DNA of 13,757 nucleotides from Octopus sinensis. Taxonomy: Eukaryota. Location: NCBI RefSeq assembly GCF_006345805.1, contig NW_021826013.1:1-13757 (forward strand). The letters run 5' to 3'. A model generated the notes under the pieces. That model did no database searches. It saw only the letters and a list, made by a program, of their open reading frames with translations, and was not told the DNA's origin. Positions 1-7,588 of this stretch are shown here, one piece after another. How positions within the stretch are numbered: the first letter of the stretch is position 1; every line of letters begins with the position of its first letter. Made by a program: the position numbers and the translations under genes.

Positions 1-174
1 CGTTTTGTGTCACCTGCTCGCGGATACTGCCCTAGACACACCACACTCTCATATATAGAGTGAGAGCTCTGAGTGAGAGTGTGAGTGCAGGTGTGCAGGC
101 GTAACTTACGTGCGGCGGTCAATATCTCGCCTTACGCCGACACAACGCCTGTTGTGCATGTGTATGTGTGTACG

Positions 175-209
175 TCTATTTATATATGTACGTATGGCTG
201 TACCTGCTC

Positions 210-269
<60 letters not shown>

Positions 270-530
270 TGTGTGTGTGTTGTGTGTGTGTGTGTGGTGT
301 TGTAGTATGTATAAGCCTATATGTGTTGTATATATACATTTATATGTATGTGTGTGTGTGTGTCACGTGTATGTGTGTATATATATATATATATATATGT
401 GTGTGGTGTGTGTGTATTTTATATATAATATATGTATGTATCTATAATATATGTGTGCGTTTGTGTGTGCATGTGAATGCGTGCGTGCGGTGTGTGAGTG
501 TGCGTGTGTGTGTGTGCGTGTGTGTGTAGT
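175..530. repeat. Compound (TA)n/(TG)n microsatellite
   Basis: Perfect (TA)n at about 220-267, interleaved with TG-rich tracts up to about 528; accounts for the YIYI/CVCV ORFs. Confidence 0.97.
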
Positions 531-807
531 TAGGTCCGATGTGATTGATGTCAATGGTCCGTCTGATGTGCTCGGAAGAAGAGACGGTGCCAAGGGGAAG
601 AAAATCGGAGGCGGGGGAGTGTCCTGATGTCTCCTTCTTTAACTGAGATGCTGCTCGTCTGCTAGCGAGCTTAGTTGCTTTCCTTTGATGCAATATATAG
701 TTTTCTTTTTCTCTCACAATCACGCCATTGACAATCTCATCATCATCATCGTTATAATGGAGATGTTGGCCAGCGGAACTTCTGCACTTTACTACATTAG
801 CGGGCCC

Positions 808-1053
808 ACATACACACATTTAAAGGACCACGTTTATACATTTTACTTACACACACAACACGTGTATACTTAAAGAGAAATCTACGTGGTTTATAGCCTT
901 AAACACACACAGACATACACTTGCATATACACACCGTCACATCACACACCTAAGTTTTGTGACACAAACACACACATACACAGTTTACGTGCACGTGTGA
1001 TGCCCTCAGAATATAGACATATACACAACACAACACACACACCACACACACAC
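808..1053. repeat. Degenerate (CA)n-rich tract
   Basis: Interrupted ACAC runs throughout. Confidence 0.85.
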
Positions 1054-1329
1054 AGTAGTTTTTTGTCTTTGTTTTTATTAGTTGTTAATTTTATTCGTAT
1101 TATTTGTTTGATTTTTGTTCGTGTTTTTGTTTTTGATTTCTTTCAATCAAATATATCGTATTATTGTTATTATAATTAATAATATTATTATTATTTATTA
1201 TTGTGAGTAGAGGCACTCAGTTGAGGCGGGAGGCAGCGCAGCGGCGGTGGTGGCGCAGCGGGTTGTCTTGTAACGATGATGAGATGAAATGGAGGTGTGT
1301 GTGTGATTGTGTGTCAACTGTGACAGCTA

Positions 1330-1500
1330 AGATGGACGATGGCGATGATGTTGATGATAATGATGATGATATTATTGGTGATAATGACGATTGTAGTTGT
1401 GGTGGTGATTATAATGGTCAATAAGGCAGAAAACTACTGTTGCTGCTGCTGTTGTAGCCATGGTAGCAGGTTGCTTGCTGTTATTGCTGCTGCTGCTGCA
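1330..1500. repeat. Degenerate (GAT)n then (GCT)n trinucleotide repeats
   Basis: gatgatgttgatgataatgatgat followed by tgctgctgctgttg and gctgctgctgctgca. Confidence 0.85.
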
Positions 1501-2354
1501 CACAACCTCCTACAAATGCCACTCACACTCATGCTCACACTCAACATTTCAGCAGACGATAACTCCTATTCATTGATGAAGATGAAACACATTCGCTCTA
1601 CATTCTTTCTTGCTCATTGCAGCCAACTGCAGTAATGCAGAATTCGTCACAACATCAAAAGAATGCACATGTGAAATTGCACATTTTTCAAAATGGCATT
1701 TTCCTCATACTTTCTTTTGGATTATTCTTTCTTTTTATCGTATTATTTCATTTTTTCTCTCTCCTTTCCATAATTCTTTTTTTTTTTTTACCTCTTGTTC
1801 AAATGGTTCCTATTCCACCTTTTCCCTTGTAAACATACACAGTTCCATATTCTCCTCGGTTAAAAATTCAATAAAGTTCATTATATAATTTGATTTTCTA
1901 ATAGATACGAGTCTTTTATTTTTAAAATTTTTTCATTCAATAAATTTTCATGAAATTATCAAATATTTCTCCAAAAATTGGTTCTTTCTAAAATTGAAAC
2001 AGTCACATTTTGTGAAATTATTTTGATTGTTAGTTCATTTGAATTTCAGATATTTTTCTCTTCGTTTTGCATCACAGCTCCATTAAACATACATATATTG
2101 AAGTATTCAATGATATGTAAATGTATATATATATATATATACGCAAAAATTAATGTTTAAAATTAATGTATAAATATATCTTTTTTTTTTGTTTGTTTTT
2201 CGCGGAAGAAACCAGTCTTTAAAATATCGAAAATGTCAAAAAAAATAACAGATAACAGTGATAACAATAACAGATAATAACTGATAACAATAAAAGATTA
2301 GAAAAACCAACAATAACAACAAATATGTAGAGAACAATCAAGATGTCTCTTTTG

Positions 2355-2785
2355 TGGAGGCTGACTAACTATACGCCCGTTAACATTAGCAAGTTATCTG
2401 CACGACAGTTGCTCTCCTCTTTCACGCACACTTTTGTCTTTCTGTCTGTCTCTCTCTCTCTAGTGGAGACTGGTTATACGTCCGTTTTCACATTGAGCTA
2501 TCTGCACGACAATGCCCATCTACTATAGTAGGCTATCTGCACGATAACAAAATTCCCTTTTTTTCTTTTTTTTTTTTTTACAAATGTCTCTTGTATCCCT
2601 ATTGGAGAATATCAGACTATACGTCCGTCCAATCCATCGTGCTATCTGCACGGCAACTCTCCGTTGCCCCCTCACTCATTCACATTGGTTCTTTCTTTTT
2701 TTTCTTCTTTCTCTCTGTAATGGCAGATAACTGACTATTCACCCGTCTCCCCAGACAGGTTACCTGTACGGTACATTTCTTGCCT
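2355..2785. ncRNA. Array of four paralogous ~60-65 nt hairpin-like units (candidate miRNA or structured-RNA cluster)
   Basis: Box A at 2367-2380, 2472-2485, 2615-2628, 2733-2746 (consensus about RACTATACGYCCGT). Box B at 2393-2407, 2497-2511, 2641-2655, 2759-2773 (GYTAYCTGYACGRYA). Spacers are 12/11/12/12 nt and each unit has a closing stem. The repetition is certain; the ncRNA call is inference. Confidence 0.4.
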
Positions 2786-3009
2786 TCTTCTGAAGTGGTC
2801 CCATCCAAATCGTATCTAATTCAACCGACGGCTGCAATTGTAAACAGGTTCGATCCCCAGGCTCGTCGCCTGACAATTTCTTCTCTTTTTTTTCTTTAAA
2901 TCCAAATATCCAGATTCATCAACGAGAATGGTTCTGGATAACATAAAACAATCGCAAAAATAATCAACAGAAATTTACTAATTGTTGATGTGCAGCATTT
3001 GGTAATTAA

Positions 3010-3262
3010 TCTTGCAGCAGCTACTGCTGCTGATGCTGCTCTGCTCTAATTGTTGCAGCTGTCGGTGCTGTTGCTGCTGCTGATGTTAATGCACTTATCC
3101 CTGCTGCTGCTGCACTTGCTGTGCATATATCGATGCTGCCGTCGATGCACTTGTCACTGATGCTCTCCTCGCTGCTGCCGTTGATGATGATGGTGCCGTT
3201 ATTACCCCTGCTGTTGTTTTAGTTGTTTATAGATACTACTACTACTACTAATACTACTAACT
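3010..3262. repeat. Degenerate (GCT)n/(GAT)n low-complexity tract ending in (ACT)n
   Basis: Many interrupted gctgctgct runs; tactactactactact at about 3233-3250. Confidence 0.8.
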
Positions 3263-3344
3263 AATGCATGCTGCTGCTGCTGCTGATGTTGCTACAGTTG
3301 CTGCTCTTTATATCTGGTCCTATCGATCTGTGAGAACTGTAACG

Positions 3345-4402
3345 CCGCCGCCTCCGCCACTACTACTACTACTTACTACTACCAAACACTCTACCACCAT
3401 CACCACAACCACTATCCCTTTCATTACTACCACCACGTCCGCCGCCACTACCACCACCACCATCACCACCACCACCATCTCCACCATCACCACCACCACC
3501 ACCACCACCACCATCACCACAACCACCATCACCACCACCACCATCACCACCACCACCATCTCCACCATCACCACCACCACCATCACCACACCACCATCAC
3601 CACCACCACCACCACCATACCACCACCATCACCATCACCACACACCATCACCACCATCACCATCACCACCACCACCATCTCCACCATCACCACCACCACC
3701 ATCACCACACCACCACACACATCACCACCACTACCATCACCACAACCACCACCACCACCACCATCTCCACCATCACAACCACCACCATCACCATCACACC
3801 ACCACCATCACACAACCACCATCACCACCACCACCATCTCAACCTCACAACCACCACCATCACCACAACCACCACCATCACCACAACCACCATCACCACC
3901 ACCACCATCTCCACCATCACAACCACCACCATCACCACAACCACCATCACCACAACCACCATCACCACCACCACCATCATCACCACCATCACCACAACCA
4001 CCACCATCACAACCACCATCACCACAACCACCATCATCACCACCATCACACAACCACCACCATCACACCACCATCACCACAACCACCATCACCACCAACA
4101 CCATACCATCTCACCACCATCACAACAACCACCCATCCCACCACACCAACGATCACCACACCACACCACCACCATACCACCACCACCACCATACCACCAA
4201 TGATAACAACACTACTGGCAACACCATTTTCATTGCTGCTCCTGCTGCTGCGACTACAACGATCACATCCACCACCACCACCACCACTATCGTTACCATC
4301 ACCATCATCACCGCCACCGCCACCGCCATCACCAGTACTGTTACGCTACTAGCATAACCAAGTACTCCGCCATCACCATCGTCATCATCACCATCACCAC
4401 CT
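3345..4402. repeat. ~1 kb (CAC/CAT/CAA)n trinucleotide array
   Basis: Near-continuous caccaccat/cacaac units; produces the poly-Thr/Pro/His 362-aa frame and the poly-Val/Gly antisense frames. Confidence 0.97.
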
Positions 4403-4409
4403 GTGCTCA

Positions 4410-4646
4410 ATTAAGGATCTCGTCTCTGGTTGTTCTACCTGCAAGTAAGAGCAGCTAGATCTCACTCAAATCACATCCTAACGACTCAGAGAAAACAGAT
4501 ATTGTATAATGGGGGGGGGTCCTGGAGTCCCTGCCGAGAGATAATAAAAAATAAAGCAGGTTGGTCACAGTTGGGATGGCTTTGATCATAGGTGCGCTCG
4601 TTCACGGCTAGCCTGGGGCTATACAACATCATCAACAACAACAACA
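4410..4646 (+). mobile_element. SINE-like retroposon, (CAA)n-tailed family, copy 1
   Basis: Shares ctcaaatcaca, ttggtcacagttgg, tttgatcatagg and cctggggct blocks with the copies at 5751-6298; ends in caacaacaacaaca. Confidence 0.75.
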
Positions 4647-4661
4647 CTAGTTTAATTAAGC

Positions 4662-4700
4662 TGCCACCACCACCACCAACGCCGCCGCCGCCGCCATCAA
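4662..4700. repeat. (CCA)n/(GCC)n microsatellite
   Basis: gccaccaccaccaccaacgccgccgccgccgccatc. Confidence 0.9.
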
Positions 4701-4721
4701 CATCTACACTGTATTAAACAC

Positions 4722-4941
4722 GTGCATACACACACACATGTACACACAAGAATCACGTGCAGTGACGCGAACATATGCACACACACACACGCCTACACAC
4801 AGAAACGAAACGAGATGCTATTGCACACACGCAGTGAGATACACACAGATTCCCAGTTACATAGAGTGATACACACGTAGAGATACATCGACGCATGCAT
4901 TGACATACAGATAGGCATACACACACGCACACACACACGCA

Positions 4942-4984
<43 letters not shown>

Positions 4985-5010
4985 TATGTGTGTGTGCGCG
5001 CGTGTGTGTG
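4722..5010. repeat. (CA)n tract abutting a (TG)n/(CG)n tract
   Basis: Perfect (CA)n at about 4943-4981, then cgcatatg, then tgtgtgtgcgcgcgtgtgtgtg. Confidence 0.92.
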
Positions 5011-5099
5011 AGATTATGTTCAGTTATAAAAAAAAAGACAATTTTACGTTAATCTCATGGGTTTACTCTCTTCCTTCTATTGAGTACAAATTTTATTAT

Positions 5100-5233
5100 T
5101 ATTCTTAAACAAGAATATTTTTGACAGTGACTTCGAAGTTTGGGTCCAGCTAAGCCATCATCGGCAGTCCGACGATGCCTGCAGCTGGCCAAAACTTCAA
5201 AGTTACTGTCAAAAATATTCCTGTTTAAGAATA
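5100..5233. mobile_element. Foldback/MITE-like element, TA-flanked, ~45 bp inverted arms
   Basis: 5100-5144 tattcttaaacaagaatatttttgacagtgacttcgaagtttggg versus the reverse complement of the right arm, tattcttaaacaggaatatttttgacagtaactttgaagttttgg (4 mismatches in 45). Inner pairs: ccagct/agctgg and catcatcgg/ccgacgatg. Confidence 0.8.
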
Positions 5234-5246
5234 TATATGCTTGTAT

Positions 5247-5373
5247 TCGTCAGTCTTTACGTTCTGAGTTCAAATTCTGCTGAAGCTGACTTTGCCTTTC
5301 ATCCTTTCGGGGTTACATCGACTGCCCCCCCTCCCCCAAAATTTCGGGCCTTGTGCCTAGAGTAGAAAAGAAT
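5247..5373 (+). mobile_element. 5'-truncated, internally deleted tRNA-derived SINE (family A) with target-site duplication
   Basis: Matches the 7023-7237 and 9301-9517 copies (ttctgagttcaaatt...tttgcctttcatcctttcgggg...aaatttcgggccttgtgcctagagtagaaaag). Flanked by the identical 20-mer aagaatatatatgcttgtat at 5227-5246 and 5368-5387. Confidence 0.9.
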
Positions 5374-5430
5374 ATATATGCTTGTATATAAACATGCATT
5401 GGCACGTGCCACAATACACCACACATAAAA

Positions 5431-5457
5431 CCCTACCCCTAACCCTAACCCTAACCC
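5431..5457 (-). repeat. Short interstitial telomere-like (TTAGGG)n repeat
   Basis: ccctac-ccctaa-ccctaa-ccctaa-ccc on the + strand. Confidence 0.85.
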
Positions 5458-5540
5458 AGCTGGTAGGGGCAGCCACTCATCTGTCATATCAACTGACATT
5501 AATTAAAATACAGGTAAGGAGTTTGGTCTTAAATGACAGG

Positions 5541-5660
5541 TGTTGATGGTAATGGTGCTGGTGGTAGAATCGGTGGTGGTGGTGGTGGCGGCGGTGGTGG
5601 CGGCGGCGGCGGCGGTGGTGGTGGTGGTGGTGGTGACGGCTGCAACGGTGGTGAAGGTGA
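5541..5660. repeat. (GTG)n/(GCG)n microsatellite
   Basis: ggtggtggtggtggcggcggtggtggcggcggcggc... Confidence 0.95.
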
Positions 5661-5750
5661 AGGGGGTTATATTGAAAGGAGGGGTCAGGTTGAAGAGGCA
5701 AGGAGCTAGAAGCTGTCAACACCACCCTTAAGAGTCTATGGTGCTCTACT

Positions 5751-5948
5751 GACTGGGTTGGAAATCATAACCAAATCTCCCTCAAATCACACCTTATACT
5801 CTTAAACAAAGCAAAAACACGATAATCCTAGATGCTCCTAAAATGCCACAGGGTTGGCACGGTTGGAATATTTCTGATTGAAGGCCTTCTCAATGACGGC
5901 TGATCTGCATTTGAAGAACAAAAAAACCATATAACAACAACAACAACA
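5751..5948 (+). mobile_element. (CAA)n-tailed SINE-like family, copy 2 (degenerate)
   Basis: ccaaatctccctcaaatcacacc...tcctagat...ggttggcacggttggaa...; aacaacaacaacaaca tail. Confidence 0.7.
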
Positions 5949-5983
5949 TTGACAAAAACGAATCAACGATGAATCGCATTAGC

Positions 5984-6160
5984 GGTGGTTCAATCTGCTG
6001 GAAAAGCAGCCACACCTGACCACATTAAAAAAGTGCACTTTAGATAAGGTAGTCCTAGATACACTGTGTCTGAATGGAAAAGGTGAGATGGCCACAGTTG
6101 GCACACCTTTAGCATCGGTTCTTAATTATGGTTGACCTCGGCCTAAGTGACAAGAACAAG
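5984..6160 (+). mobile_element. (CAA)n-tailed SINE-like family, copy 3
   Basis: ggtggttcaatctgctggaaaagcagcc aligns with 4418-4456; also gtagtcctagatacactgtgtctgaa...gagatggccacagttgg; degenerate caagaacaag tail. Confidence 0.7.
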
Positions 6161-6166
6161 GAAAAT

Positions 6167-6298
6167 CACCTTTGATAATGTAATCCTAGATACACTGTGT
6201 TTGAATAAAAGACGAGATGGTCATGGCTGGAACACCTTTGATAATAGGTTTGTTCCAGCAGGATTCACCTGGGGCTGAGTAAGAACAATAACAACAAT
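6167..6298 (+). mobile_element. (CAA)n-tailed SINE-like family, copy 4 (3' half)
   Basis: gataatgtaatcctagatacactgtgtttgaa...gagatggtcatggctggaacacctttgataatagg...cctggggct; aacaataacaacaa tail. Confidence 0.75.
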
Positions 6299-6321
6299 AT
6301 CAGCACTAACATCAATGATAT

Positions 6322-6390
6322 CAATACCACCACCGCCACCACCACCACCACCACCACCACCACCACCACCACCACTGCCGCCGCCACCAC
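6322..6390. repeat. (CCA)n/(GCC)n microsatellite
   Basis: Source of the poly-Pro ORF at 6315. Confidence 0.95.
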
Positions 6391-6743
6391 TTTCAGCTGT
6401 TTGTGCTCATACCATGTTTTGCCTCTCTCTAGCCCCCACTTTACTCAGTTTCCAATGTTATTGTTATCACTACTTGGTCGTGTTGCCACAACTTGTAGGG
6501 TATTCGTTTGTGATCCCCTTTTGATCAGGCTCCCGTGGCTTTTATGGGTTTTTCCACGAGAAACCTTTCGAAGCGCCTCCCCCTTTTGGGAGTTTTAATT
6601 GTTACTTACATTTCGTTGTTATCCTGCTTTTGTACACGGACCTTCTTTCAAACAGACAAAACCCTTTGTAACTTTCATCCTGTGTTTTGTCCCTTTATGT
6701 TTTAATTGATTTTTGTTAGCCCTTGTGACCAATAAACGAATTA

Positions 6744-6756
6744 ATTATTATTATTA

Positions 6757-6819
<63 letters not shown>

Positions 6820-6835
6820 TTATTATTTTTTATTA

Positions 6836-6868
<33 letters not shown>

Positions 6869-6889
6869 TTTATTATATTATTATTATTA

Positions 6890-6939
<50 letters not shown>

Positions 6940-6963
6940 TATTATTTTATTATTATATTATTA

Positions 6964-7022
<59 letters not shown>
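6744..7022. repeat. ~280 bp (TAT)n microsatellite
   Basis: Near-perfect tattattat array; source of the poly-Tyr/Ile ORF. Confidence 0.98.
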
Positions 7023-7024
<2 letters not shown>

Positions 7025-7237
7025 GGCAATGAACTGGCAAAATCGTTAGCATTCTGGACAAAATGCTTAACTGCATTTTGCCCATCGCTACGTTCTGAGT
7101 TCAAATTCCGCTGAGGTCGACTTTGCCTTTCATCCTTTCAGGGTCGATAAATTAAGTACCAGAGAAACACTGGGGTCGATGTAATCAACTAATCCCCTCT
7201 CCACAAATTTGAGGCCTTGTGCCCCCAGTAGAAAGGA
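7023..7237 (+). mobile_element. Full-length tRNA-derived SINE (family A)
   Basis: A-box-like tggcaaaatcg and B-box-like gagttcaaattcc; two internal gggtcgat repeats; 3' end ggccttgtgcccccagtagaaagga. Homologous to other copies in the window. Confidence 0.92.
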
Positions 7238-7273
7238 AAGGCGGTGAACCTTGTACCTATAGTAGAAAGAATT
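7238..7273 (+). mobile_element. Mini-SINE remnant (family A 5' tip fused to 3' tip)
   Basis: aaggcggtgaac (5' end-like) joined directly to cttgtacctatagtagaaagaatt (3' end-like). Confidence 0.5.
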
Positions 7274-7487
7274 ATTCTTTTCTAAGCACAAGACCCGAAA
7301 TTTTGGGGGAGGGGGGGGCAGTCGATTAGATCGACCCCAGTATGTAACTGGTACTTAATCAATCGACCCCGAAAAGATGAAAGGCAAAGTTGACCTCGAT
7401 GGAATTTGAACTCAGAACGTAGCGACGGGTGAAATGCCATTAAGCATTTCATCCAGTGTGCTAACGATTCTGCAAGCTCATTGCCTT
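7274..7487 (-). mobile_element. Full-length tRNA-derived SINE (family A), inverted
   Basis: The reverse complement begins aaggcaatgagcttgcagaatcgttagc and is about 85% identical to 7023-7190 (manual count, about 26 mismatches in about 168 nt). Confidence 0.92.
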
Positions 7488-7498
7488 AATAATAATAA

Positions 7499-7529
<31 letters not shown>

Positions 7530-7588
7530 AAAAGAAGAAGAAGAAGAAGAAGAAGAAGAAGAAGAAGAAGAAGAAGAAGAAGAAGAAG
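7487..7588. repeat. (AAT)n followed by (AAG)n microsatellite
   Basis: taataataataataagaagaagaag...; about 85 bp pure-purine tract. Confidence 0.97.

Noticed and set aside
42-150. Short hairpins (cacactctca/tgagagtgtg; ggcgtaa/ttacgcc) and a minus-strand GTAAGT donor at 104-109
   Set aside because: The stems are short or low-complexity, and there is no convincing acceptor or frame for an exon.
85-529. ORFs of 120 and 139 aa (YIYI/CVCV)
   Set aside because: Translations of dinucleotide microsatellites.
2395-2416. Resemblance of TATCTGCAC to miR-92 (UAUUGCAC), and of TGGACGGA (minus strand, unit 3) to miR-184
   Set aside because: The miR-92 match needs an insertion inside the seed. The miR-184-like seed occurs in one unit only and the remaining sequence does not match.
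2355-2785. Array read as mutually exclusive exons (Dscam-like), as a coding repeat, or as a CRISPR-like array
   Set aside because: Only unit 2 has a good acceptor and donors are inconsistent. The 11-nt spacer in unit 2 breaks the frame between boxes. The context is eukaryotic, with no cas genes and degenerate repeats.
2340-2790. H/ACA snoRNA pair on the minus strand (AAGAGACAT follows units 1 and 3)
   Set aside because: H boxes are not consistently placed after the hairpins, and the implied ~185-200 nt lengths and purine-rich hinges are atypical.
3264-4352. 362-aa Thr/Pro/His-rich ORF (mucin- or His-rich-like)
   Set aside because: CAC/ACC/CCA repeats contain no stops in any frame. The switches between Thr, Pro and His blocks are single-base slips in the array, and there is no signal peptide or non-repetitive domain.
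6713-7024. Poly-Tyr/Ile ORF, and the poly-Leu/Phe ORF at 7478-7753
   Set aside because: Translations of (TAT)n and (AAG)n.
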